From contig JBBDXN010000129.1 of NCBI GenBank assembly GCA_040902305.1, forward strand, positions 19,061 through 83,060: a DNA stretch of 64,000 bases. The letters are read 5' to 3'. The stretch's first letter is position 1, and every line of letters starts with the position of its first letter. The position numbers and the translations under genes are program-made. Below the pieces are notes generated by a model. That model worked only from the letters and a program-made list of their open reading frames with translations, had not been told where the DNA came from and did no database searches. Positions 9,398-17,675 of this stretch are shown here, piece after piece. The DNA comes from Candidatus Rokuibacteriota bacterium. Lineage in GTDB: Bacteria > Methylomirabilota > Methylomirabilia > Rokubacteriales > CSP1-6.

Positions 9398-10516
9398 CTA
9401 CAGACCGCCCCAGACTTCCTCGGCCAGCTCGACGCAGAGCGCGAGCTTCGCCCTCTGGTGCTCGACCGCGACCTCGTTGCCCTCGAGCGTCGAGGAGAAG
9501 CCGCACTGCGGGCTGATGCATAGCTGGTCGAGCGGGAGGTACTTCGAGGCTTCGTCCAGACGCCGCTTGAGGTCGGCCTTCCCCTCGAGCGCCCCCACCT
9601 TGGTGGTGACGAGGCCCAGCACCACCCGGAGGTGCTTCGGGGCGTGGCGCAGGGGCGAGAAGTCCCCGGAGCGCGCGTCGTCGAACTCGAGGAAGAAGCC
9701 GTCGTAGGGCATCTGGTTGAAGATGGCCTCCGCCACCTTCTCGTAGCCGCCCTGGGCGCGCCAGCTCGAGCGGAAGTTACCGCGGCAGAGATGCGTGCAG
9801 ACCACCAGGTCCTTCGGCCGGTCGCGCAGGGTGGCCTGGATCAGCTTCACCGACAGGGCCAGCACCTCGTCGGGATCCTCGCCGCGGGCGCGGCCCTGCG
9901 CGCGCATGTCCTCGTCGCAGAGGTAGGCCAGGCTCACGTCGTCGAGCTGGAGATACCGGCAGCCCGCCGCGTAGAGATCGGCGATCTCCGCGCGGTAGGC
10001 GGCGGCGGTGTCCTCCACGAAGCCGTCGAGATCCGGGTAGACCGCCCGGTCGATGTTGGCGCGCCCGACCTGGGAGTAGAGCATGCAGGGCGACGGGATC
10101 GTGAGCTTGGCGGTGCGCGAGGTGGCCGATCGGAGGAAGCGGAACGCGTCCACGAAGATCGGCGCGGGGCGCCCGACGCGCGAGGCGACGCGCAGGTCGG
10201 GCCGGGTGTAGTTCACGTCGCCCGCGCGGCCGTGGAAGGTCACCGGGAGCTGCCGGCCCTCGCTGGCGAGGCCGCCCAGGCGAGTCAGGAAATCCATGTG
10301 CCAGGACTTCCGGCGCATCTCGCCGTCGGTGACGCCCTGGAGCCCGGTTTCTTCCTGAAGTCGCACCGCCTCGCGAATGGCCGCGTCCTCGGCGGTGGCG
10401 AGGTCGGCCGCGCTCGCCCGGCCCGCGTCCTTCTCGATCCGCAGGGCCTTGAGCGCGGGCGGGCGCAGCAGGCTGCCCACGTGATCGGCGCGGAACGGCG
10501 CGCGGGGCGTGGCCAT
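9398..10516 (-). CDS. cobalamin-independent methionine synthase (MetE) C-terminal-domain-like methyltransferase, short form
   Basis: Internal ATG giving MATPRAPFRADHVGSLLRPPAL, the canonical family N-terminus, for a 372-aa protein. The upstream part of the 695-aa ORF is Arg-rich off-frame sequence overlapping panE. Confidence 0.85.
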   Translation of the reverse strand: MATPRAPFRADHVGSLLRPPALKALRIEKDAGRASAADLATAEDAAIREAVRLQEETGLQGVTDGEMRRKSWHMDFLTRLGGLASEGRQLPVTFHGRAGDVNYTRPDLRVASRVGRPAPIFVDAFRFLRSATSRTAKLTIPSPCMLYSQVGRANIDRAVYPDLDGFVEDTAAAYRAEIADLYAAGCRYLQLDDVSLAYLCDEDMRAQGRARGEDPDEVLALSVKLIQATLRDRPKDLVVCTHLCRGNFRSSWRAQGGYEKVAEAIFNQMPYDGFFLEFDDARSGDFSPLRHAPKHLRVVLGLVTTKVGALEGKADLKRRLDEASKYLPLDQLCISPQCGFSSTLEGNEVAVEHQRAKLALCVELAEEVWGGL

Positions 10517-10518
10517 GG

Positions 10519-11493
10519 CTAGTAGAGCCCCCTCCCGGCCGCGAAGACGCGGGTGAGCCCGAGCAGCGCGTCGGTGCTGGGGGTGGGCACGCCGACCCGG
10601 CCACCGATCTCGCTCACCGCGGTGAGCAAGCCGTCGATCTCGAGCGGCTTGCCCGCCTCCACGTCCTGCAGCATCGAGGTCTTGAAGGCGCCCAGCTTGC
10701 GCGTCACCGCGTTCCGCTCTTCCCCGCTCTGATGGATCGGACACCCGATGCGATCGCCGATGGCCGCCGCCTCCGCCATGATCGCGAGCGTGAAGCGGTC
10801 GAGCAGCGGATCGTCGAGGAGGCGGTCGCAGGTGGCCCCGGTCAGCGCCGACATGGGGTTCATGGTCATGTTGCCCCACAGCTTGTACCACACGTCGGCC
10901 TGGATGCGCTTGCTGACCGTCGTCTCGAAGCCGGCCGCGGTCAGCCGATCGGCCAGCGCGCTCACCCGCCCCGAGGCGCCGCCACCGGGCTCGCCGACGA
11001 TCAGGCCGCGGCCGAAGCCGTGGCGCACCAGGCCGGGCGCGCGCACCGAGCAGGTGGCGTGCACCACGCAGCCGACGACGTGGGCGAGCGGGATCGCGGC
11101 CGCGATCCGGCCCTCCGGATCGACCGACCGCACCGCGGTGCCCTCGTGGGGCCCGCCGAGGCCGTGGAAGAACCACCACGGCACGCCGTTCATCGCGGTG
11201 AGCACCACCGTGTCCGGCCCGAGCAGCGGCCGCACCTTCTCCGCGAGGTCCGGCAGCGACGGGCCCTTCACCGCGAGCACGACCAGCTCCTGCGGCCCCA
11301 GCCCGCCCGTCTCCTCGACCACCCGCACCGGCGCGGTGAGCACCGCGCCCCCCTGCTCGAGCCGGAAGCCGTGGGCGCGCAGCGCGGCCGCGGTCGCCCC
11401 GCGCGCCAGCGCGCTGACGCGGGCGCCGCCGCGCGCGAGCTGGAGGCCGATGAAGGTTCCGATCGCGCCGGCGCCCACCACGCACACCCTCAT
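10519..11493 (-). CDS. panE: 2-dehydropantoate 2-reductase (ketopantoate reductase, ApbA/PanE family)
   Basis: Internal ATG giving MRVCVVGAGAIGTFIG, a Rossmann GxGxxG motif, for a 324-aa protein. Its start forms an ATGA overlap with the stop of the cyclase gene. Confidence 0.85.
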   Translation of the reverse strand: MRVCVVGAGAIGTFIGLQLARGGARVSALARGATAAALRAHGFRLEQGGAVLTAPVRVVEETGGLGPQELVVLAVKGPSLPDLAEKVRPLLGPDTVVLTAMNGVPWWFFHGLGGPHEGTAVRSVDPEGRIAAAIPLAHVVGCVVHATCSVRAPGLVRHGFGRGLIVGEPGGGASGRVSALADRLTAAGFETTVSKRIQADVWYKLWGNMTMNPMSALTGATCDRLLDDPLLDRFTLAIMAEAAAIGDRIGCPIHQSGEERNAVTRKLGAFKTSMLQDVEAGKPLEIDGLLTAVSEIGGRVGVPTPSTDALLGLTRVFAAGRGLY

Positions 11494-12593
11494 GACGGGG
11501 GCGCGGTGAGCCGCACCACGTTGAAGGCCTTCACCGGACGCTGGAAGCCTTTCAGGATGAGCTCGCCGACCGGCTCGACCTCGGCGAGGCCTTCCACTCC
11601 GCCCGCCACCCGCTGGGAGAGCAGGATCTGCCCCGGCTTGGCCTCCCCGCAGAGCCGCGCGGCGAGATTGGTCACGGTGCCGATGGCCCCGTAATCCCAG
11701 CGGCCCTCGAAGCCGACCGCGCCGATGGTGGCGTAGCCCTGGGCGATGCCGACGCCGAAGTCGAGGTCGAACCCGCGCCTGCGCCACGTCTCGGTGAGCG
11801 CGGCGATGCGGTCCCGCATCGCGCCGGCCATGCGGACGGCCCGCGCCGCCGGGTCGGGCACCTCCACCGGGTCGTTGAAGAAGATCATCATGCCGTCGCC
11901 CGCGAAGCGCTCGAGCGTGCCCTCCGCGGCGAGGATCAGGCGGCCCATCTCCGCGTGGTACTCCCGCAGCACCGTCATGACCTCTTCTGGCTCGGCGGTC
12001 TCCGCGAACGCGGTGAAGCCACGGAGATCGAGGAAGACCACCGTGACCTCCCGGCGGTGGCTCTTGAGCGGGTCCGCGGCGTCGCCGGCCACGATCAGCT
12101 CGGCGAGCTGGGGCGAGAAGAAGCGGCGCAGCCGCCCCAGCCGCTCGAGCTGGGCCACCTGGTCCCGCACGCGCTGCTCGAGCGTCCGGTTCAGCTCCTC
12201 CAGCTCGCGGTGCAGCGCACGGATGCGCAGAAGCGAGCGCACGCGGGCCAGCAGCTCGGGCTGGTTGATCGGCTTGCTCAGGAAGTCGTCGGCGCCCACC
12301 TCGATCCCCTTGACCCGCTCGGTGGCGGGGTCGAGCGCGGTGACCATGACGACCGGCAGGAGCCGCGTCGCCTCGTCGGCCCGCAGCCGCCGGCATACCT
12401 CGTACCCGCTCATCTCCGGCATCACGACGTCCAGGAGCACCAGATCCGGTTGCTCGGCCCGCACCCGCTCCAGGGCGACCGCGCCGGACGGCGCGGTGAT
12501 CACCGCGTAGCCGTGGCCGGTGAGCACGCCTTCCAGTAGCTTCACGTTCATCGGCGTGTCGTCCACCACCAGGATGCGGGCCGGCTCGTTCAC
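11490..12593 (-). CDS. response regulator with C-terminal adenylate/guanylate cyclase (CHD) domain
   Basis: REC domain (LVVDD...D...MPEMSGYEV) followed by a class III cyclase domain (VVFLDLRGFTAF...). GTG start in a GTGA overlap with the upstream gene. Confidence 0.9.
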   Translation of the reverse strand: MNEPARILVVDDTPMNVKLLEGVLTGHGYAVITAPSGAVALERVRAEQPDLVLLDVVMPEMSGYEVCRRLRADEATRLLPVVMVTALDPATERVKGIEVGADDFLSKPINQPELLARVRSLLRIRALHRELEELNRTLEQRVRDQVAQLERLGRLRRFFSPQLAELIVAGDAADPLKSHRREVTVVFLDLRGFTAFAETAEPEEVMTVLREYHAEMGRLILAAEGTLERFAGDGMMIFFNDPVEVPDPAARAVRMAGAMRDRIAALTETWRRRGFDLDFGVGIAQGYATIGAVGFEGRWDYGAIGTVTNLAARLCGEAKPGQILLSQRVAGGVEGLAEVEPVGELILKGFQRPVKAFNVVRLTAPPS

Positions 12594-12985
12594 CGCGCGC
12601 TCCCGCCCTTCGTCGGGCGATCCAGCATCTCGCGCACCGCGGCCACGAACTGGGTCACGTCGATCGGCTTGGCCTGATAGCCGTCAAATCCCGCCGCCAT
12701 GATCTTCTGCCGGTCCTGGGTCATGGCCGACGCGGTCACCGCGATCACCGGGACGGCCCGCGTCCGCGCGTCGGATCGCAGCACCTGGAGCGCCTCGATC
12801 CCGTTCATGCGGGGGAGCTGGATGTCCATCAGGACCAGGGCGGGCGGCGTCGCCTGCGCCAGCGCGATCCCGTCCTCCGCGTTGTCGGCCTCCGCGGTCC
12901 GGTACCCGTGGAACTGGAGGATGTCGCGCTCCAGCTTCCGGTTCTTCTCGTTGTCCTCGACGATCAGGATCAGCTCGCCGGCCAT
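12590..12985 (-). CDS. single-domain response regulator (CheY-like)
   Basis: REC domain (ILIVEDNEKNRKL...VLMDIQLPRMNGIE...KP). Confidence 0.9.
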   Translation of the reverse strand: MAGELILIVEDNEKNRKLERDILQFHGYRTAEADNAEDGIALAQATPPALVLMDIQLPRMNGIEALQVLRSDARTRAVPVIAVTASAMTQDRQKIMAAGFDGYQAKPIDVTQFVAAVREMLDRPTKGGSAR

Positions 12986-15900
12986 GGTCGCTCCGGAACA
13001 GAGAAGGTGAACGTGGAGCCCTGGCCGACCTGGCTCTTGACCCAGAGGCGGCCGCCGTGCAGCTCCACGAGCTTGCGGGCGAGGGTCAGGCCGAGTCCCG
13101 TGCCCTCCCGCTTGTGGGCGTAGTCGCCGCCCACCTGCCGGAACTCCTCGAAGATCAGCTCCTGGTTCTCCGGCGCGATCCCGATGCCGGTGTCGGCCAC
13201 CGAGATCTCCACGCCGCCGTCGGTGGGCACCGCGCGCACCTCGATGCGGCCGCCCTCCGGCGTGAACTTCACCGCGTTGGACAGGAGATTCAGCATCACC
13301 TGCTTGACCTTCCGCTCGTCGGCCACGAACTCGCCGAGCCGGCCGTCCACCTCGAAGGTCACGTCGATGCCGTGCCGGACCGCGCGCTCGCGCACGAGGA
13401 TGAGCGTATCCTGAATCGCCTGGGGCAAATGGAAACGCGCCAGCTCCAGGTCCATCCGGCCCGCCTCGACCTTCGAGAGATCGAGGATGTCGTTGATGAG
13501 CGAGAGCAGGTGCCGGCCGGACGACAGGACGTCCTGGAGATACTCGTCCTGCTTGGGGTTCAGCTCCCCGAACATGCGCTGGAGCAGCACCTCCGAGAAG
13601 CCGATGATCGCGTTCAACGGGGTGCGCAGCTCGTGCGACATGCTCGCGAGGAACTCCGACTTGTGCCGGTCGGCGACCTCGAGCAGCTGGCTCTTCTCCT
13701 CGATCTCGCGGAAGAGATGCGCGTTGGCGATGGCCACCTTCGACTGGTTGGCCAGGGCGGTCATGAGGCTCACGATGCGCTCGTCGAAGTCCCCGGGCCG
13801 GCGACGGACGACCACGATACCCCGGGCGATGTCGCCGCCCCCCATCGGCACCGTGAGCACGGCGCGGAGGCCCTCCTCGAGGAAGAGCGCGCGGAAGGGA
13901 TAGTCGTGCGCCTCCTCCACGTCCGGGATCTGCACCGGCTGACCCGCGGCGGTGGCCTGACTGATCGTCCCGTGGTCGACCCCCACCGACAGGTGCTGCA
14001 CCGCGCTCACGAACTCCCGGCTCAGCCCCTGGCTCACCACCACGTCGAACGTCTTGCGCTCCGGACTGAGCTCGAAGATCCCGCAGCCGTCCGCGCCGGA
14101 GAGCGCGATGGCGCGCCGCGCCACCGTGTCGAGGATCTCGCGGAGATCGAGGGAGGAGCTCACCGCCCGGATGACCTCGCTGAGGGCGCCGGTCTCCTCC
14201 AGCGACTGCGAGAGATCGTGCGTCCGGGCCCGCAGCTCCTGGAACAGGCGCACGTTCTCGATCGCGATTACCGCCTGGTCCGCGAAGGTCTGCAACAGCG
14301 CGATCTGCTTGTCGGTGAAGGGGCGGACTTCCAGCCGGCGGATCACGATGACGCCGATCGGAGTGCCCTCGCGCAGCATCGGGGTCACGAGCGTGGTGCG
14401 ATTGCCGGCGCGCTCCTGCAGGGAGCGGGACTGGGGGTACTCCGCGAGCTCGGCGGCCAGGTCGGGCACGTGAATGGTGCGCCGCTCCAGCACTGCCCGC
14501 CCGCCCACCCAGTCCGGGCTGATCTCGAGTCGGGTCGGCCGCCCGCGGTACTCTCCGTAGTTCGCCACGAGCTGCAGGAACGCGCCATCCACCTGGAGCA
14601 CCAGGGCGTCAGTCGCGTCACAGACGCGCCCCGCGTTCTGGGCCACCGTGTCCAGAATCGGCTGGAGATCGGTCGGAGAGCTGCTGATGGCGCTGAGGAT
14701 CTCGGCGGTGGCGGTCTGCTGCTCCAGCGTCTCGGTCAGGGCGCGGTTGCGCACCTGCAGCTCCTGGAACAGGCGCACGTTCTCGATCGCGATCACCGCC
14801 TGGTCCGCGAAGGTCTCGAGCAGCGCGACCTGCTGGTCGCTGAAGGGCCGTACATCCGTCCGGAACGCGGTGATCGCGCCGATCGCGACGCCCTCGCGCA
14901 GGAGCGGCACGCCCACGGTGGCCGCGATGCCCTGGCGCCGGATGGCCGGCGCGATGTCCGGGTACTCGGCCTCAAGATCGATCCGCAGGTCGTCGATCCG
15001 GATGGTCCGGCGCTCGAGGGCAACCCGGCCCGATACCGAGCCGCGCGTCAATGGCCTTGCCTCGCCGGCTTCCAGGCTGGACTTGACCGGGCCGTGCCGG
15101 GCCACGAGCCGCATCTGCGACCCCTCGATCTGAAAGATCTGGGCGTTCTGGGCGTCGCAGAGGCGCGCGGCGGCCTCCACGACCGCCGCCATCACCGGCT
15201 GGAGATCGGTCGGGGAGCTGCTGATGACCCCGAGGATCTCGGCGGTCGCGGTCTGCTGCTCGAGCGACTCGGTCAGCTCGTGGGTGCGCTCGTCGACCTT
15301 GCGCTCGAGGCCCGCGTAGGACTCCTGGAGCTTGCCCGCCATGCTGTTGAACTGCTCGGCCAGCCCTTCCAGCTCGTCGCCGGTGCGCACCACGATGCGG
15401 TCGGTCAGGTTGCCCTCGCCGAATCGGGCCGCCCCCGCCTGCAGCGCCCGGATCGGCTTCACCATGGTGCGGGCCAGGATCAGGCTGACGATCACCGACA
15501 GGGCGATGCCGACCATCTCGAGCAGGGCGGTGCGGCGGACCGACGCCTCCAGGGGGGCGAAGGCCTCCTCGAGGGGCTGCTCGACGAACACCGTCCAGCC
15601 TAGCGACGGGATCGCCACGTGGGCGGTCAGGACCCGCTCACCCTTCAGGTTGCGCGCGACCGTCGCGGTACCCGCCCCGTCGCCGAGGGCGGGAGGGGAC
15701 GTGAGCGCCGCCTTCACGTGCTCGAGGCGGCCGAGATCGGTCTTCTGGAGTACCAGGCTGATATCGGGGTGCGCGATCAGGGCCCCCTGCCCATCCACCA
15801 CGAGGGCCTGGCCGGCCTTGCCCACCCTGATCTGGGACACCACATCCCAGATGAACTTGAGGTTCACCTCCACCGCGGTGACCCCCCCGGCCTTGCCCTC

Positions 15901-16389
15901 CGCGATGGCGATGGCCATGTAGGGCTCGGACTCCTTGCGGAAGTACACCGGCCCGCGGTAGAGCCGGTTGGCGCGGGCCTCCGTGAAGCGCGGGTCGGCC
16001 GACAGGTCGATGTTGCTGCCGAACACCTCCATGGCCAGGCGGGAGATTCGCACCTGCTCCCGCCCGGCCGGGTCGATGTAGGTGATCTCGGTGATCGGGG
16101 GCACCTGCCGCTGCAGCCGGTAGAAGTCGACCCGCCGCTGCTCGAGCGGGGCCGTCGCCGCGGCGCGGGGCTGGATCACCCAGCCCATCTGGCGTTCGAT
16201 CTCGGTGATGAACCCCTCGATGCGGACGGCCGCGGCCTGCGCCTTCTCCCGCTGGAGGGCCGAGAGCACCACCTTGCTCTCCTGGTAGGAAAAGTAGATC
16301 TCGATGAGGCCGCTGGCGAGCAGGGCGACGGTGACGAGGAGGGAGAAGAAGATGACGTACTTCCAGAACAGCCGCCGGCGCCTGGCCAT
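12970..16389 (-). CDS. multi-domain sensor histidine kinase (TM, HAMP, several GAF modules, HisKA, HATPase_c), 1139 aa
   Basis: Internal ATG giving MARRRRLFWKYVIFFSLLVTVALLASGL, which contains a TM helix. H-box EFLASMSHELRTPLNAI and an ATPase domain follow. Tandem GAF modules share near-identical nucleotide segments at about 14234-14330 and 14754-14850. Confidence 0.9.
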   Translation of the reverse strand: MARRRRLFWKYVIFFSLLVTVALLASGLIEIYFSYQESKVVLSALQREKAQAAAVRIEGFITEIERQMGWVIQPRAAATAPLEQRRVDFYRLQRQVPPITEITYIDPAGREQVRISRLAMEVFGSNIDLSADPRFTEARANRLYRGPVYFRKESEPYMAIAIAEGKAGGVTAVEVNLKFIWDVVSQIRVGKAGQALVVDGQGALIAHPDISLVLQKTDLGRLEHVKAALTSPPALGDGAGTATVARNLKGERVLTAHVAIPSLGWTVFVEQPLEEAFAPLEASVRRTALLEMVGIALSVIVSLILARTMVKPIRALQAGAARFGEGNLTDRIVVRTGDELEGLAEQFNSMAGKLQESYAGLERKVDERTHELTESLEQQTATAEILGVISSSPTDLQPVMAAVVEAAARLCDAQNAQIFQIEGSQMRLVARHGPVKSSLEAGEARPLTRGSVSGRVALERRTIRIDDLRIDLEAEYPDIAPAIRRQGIAATVGVPLLREGVAIGAITAFRTDVRPFSDQQVALLETFADQAVIAIENVRLFQELQVRNRALTETLEQQTATAEILSAISSSPTDLQPILDTVAQNAGRVCDATDALVLQVDGAFLQLVANYGEYRGRPTRLEISPDWVGGRAVLERRTIHVPDLAAELAEYPQSRSLQERAGNRTTLVTPMLREGTPIGVIVIRRLEVRPFTDKQIALLQTFADQAVIAIENVRLFQELRARTHDLSQSLEETGALSEVIRAVSSSLDLREILDTVARRAIALSGADGCGIFELSPERKTFDVVVSQGLSREFVSAVQHLSVGVDHGTISQATAAGQPVQIPDVEEAHDYPFRALFLEEGLRAVLTVPMGGGDIARGIVVVRRRPGDFDERIVSLMTALANQSKVAIANAHLFREIEEKSQLLEVADRHKSEFLASMSHELRTPLNAIIGFSEVLLQRMFGELNPKQDEYLQDVLSSGRHLLSLINDILDLSKVEAGRMDLELARFHLPQAIQDTLILVRERAVRHGIDVTFEVDGRLGEFVADERKVKQVMLNLLSNAVKFTPEGGRIEVRAVPTDGGVEISVADTGIGIAPENQELIFEEFRQVGGDYAHKREGTGLGLTLARKLVELHGGRLWVKSQVGQGSTFTFSVPERPWPAS

Positions 16390-16424
16390 CGTTCCGGCGA
16401 GTGTAGGCGGGGGCGAAACCCCTG

Positions 16425-17675
16425 TCAAAGACCGGGCGGCCCCTCCTCCCTCTCCCCTTGGGGAGAGGGCAGGGTGAGGGGCCGGGGCGAGAGCGGGCAG
16501 CCCGGCCCCATCGCCGCCTTCTTCTTCTCGATGATGTCGCCGGCGTACTTCTCGAGGTAGTGGGCGATGGTCTCGACGCGGATCTTCACCGAGCCGGCCG
16601 GCTTGGTCGAGTCCAGATCCTGGAAGGAGAAGAACAGCGTGCCGGAGCGCTCCACGATCTGCTGCACCGGGGTGTAGGTCGGCTGGTCCATCCCGCACTC
16701 GTAGCTGGCCAGGCGCACCACGCAGGCCACCCAGGGCATGCGCGCGGCCGCCTTGGCGCCCCAGAGGATCTCGTTGGTGTTGCTGCTGTAGGAGGACGGC
16801 CAGACATCACGAATGTCGAATGGGGACCGGATGTGTCCGGCCCGGACGTCCTCGCCGAAGGCCCAGTCCATCAGGTCGTCGTCGACCGGGAAGTATTGCG
16901 CCCAGAGCACCGGGTAGCCGTAGGCCTGCAGATCCACCTCGATCTCGTGGCCGATGCCCGGGTCCATGTGATACGGCCGGGCCAGGACGAGCAGGCAGGC
17001 CCGGTTCTCGCGCGCGCACCACTCGAGTATCTCTCGGCCCTTCCGGCGCAGGCGCGCGTTGAACTCGGTGAGGGCGCGATAGCCCGCCTGCACCGCGCGC
17101 GCGGTCTCCTCGGGGGTGAGCCCGGGGATCACGCCGCGGAGCCCCTCCCAGAGCTGCTTGGGCACGAGCCGGGGCTCGTCGAGCGAGACGAACGGCGCCG
17201 CGTAGCGGATGCCCTGCTCCGCGAAGACGTCGCGCTCCTTCATGAAGCCGGCCTTGATGTTCTCGGGCGCGGCCATGACCCGCGGGCAGGTGAGCGTGCG
17301 CGCCACGTGGCCGGACAGGAACGAGGGCAGGTTGTAGATCATCGGCGAGAAGAGGATGTCGAGCTTCTCGCGCTGGCCGAAGATCAGCTCGCCGTAGTGG
17401 CCCGCGATGCACTTGACCGGGTAGCAGCAGTCGACGGTGCCGCGCCCCTTGCCGAACTGGCGCCCCTGCTCCTCCGAGGTGTCGGAGGAGAAGACGAGTC
17501 GGCGCGCATCCACCCCGAGCTCGCCGAAGAAGCCCACCCAGAACTGGTGGGTGGACCAGAGATTCAGGACGCGCGGGATGCCGATCCGGAGCTCAGCCCG
17601 CGACGGCGGGGGCGTCGGCGCGGGACCGGCGGAACGCGTCCTTCCGAACCATCTCGGCAACGTTAGGGTACTCAC
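16425..17675 (-). CDS. 2-hydroxyacyl-CoA dehydratase-like / activase-associated protein (DUF2229/HGD-D superfamily), subunit B
   Basis: N-terminal ELRIGIPRVLNLWSTHQFWVGFF and a DCCYPVKCIAGHYG motif. The only in-frame starts (GTG 17675, TTG 17660) overlap the activase gene by 65-83 bp. The last about 15 codons run through palindromic repeat copy a. Confidence 0.7.
   Translation of the reverse strand: MSTLTLPRWFGRTRSAGPAPTPPPSRAELRIGIPRVLNLWSTHQFWVGFFGELGVDARRLVFSSDTSEEQGRQFGKGRGTVDCCYPVKCIAGHYGELIFGQREKLDILFSPMIYNLPSFLSGHVARTLTCPRVMAAPENIKAGFMKERDVFAEQGIRYAAPFVSLDEPRLVPKQLWEGLRGVIPGLTPEETARAVQAGYRALTEFNARLRRKGREILEWCARENRACLLVLARPYHMDPGIGHEIEVDLQAYGYPVLWAQYFPVDDDLMDWAFGEDVRAGHIRSPFDIRDVWPSSYSSNTNEILWGAKAAARMPWVACVVRLASYECGMDQPTYTPVQQIVERSGTLFFSFQDLDSTKPAGSVKIRVETIAHYLEKYAGDIIEKKKAAMGPGCPLSPRPLTLPSPQGEREEGPPGL
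16441..16481. repeat. palindromic intergenic repeat, copy a (ccctctcccc-ttg-gggagaggg + cagggtgaggg)
   Basis: 10-bp perfect stem, 3-nt loop and an outer arm. Located at the 3-prime end of the DUF2229-like gene, about 50 bp upstream of the kinase start. Confidence 0.85.

Noticed and set aside
9398-11485. N-terminal extensions of the six-frame ORFs 9398-11485, 10519-12396, 12970-16698, 23768-25816, 54440-56005 and 59229-61592
   Set aside because: Homology and canonical N-termini begin at internal ATGs (verified by codon counting), often in ATGA overlaps with the upstream gene. The extensions are Arg-rich readthrough into the neighbouring gene, not real coding sequence.
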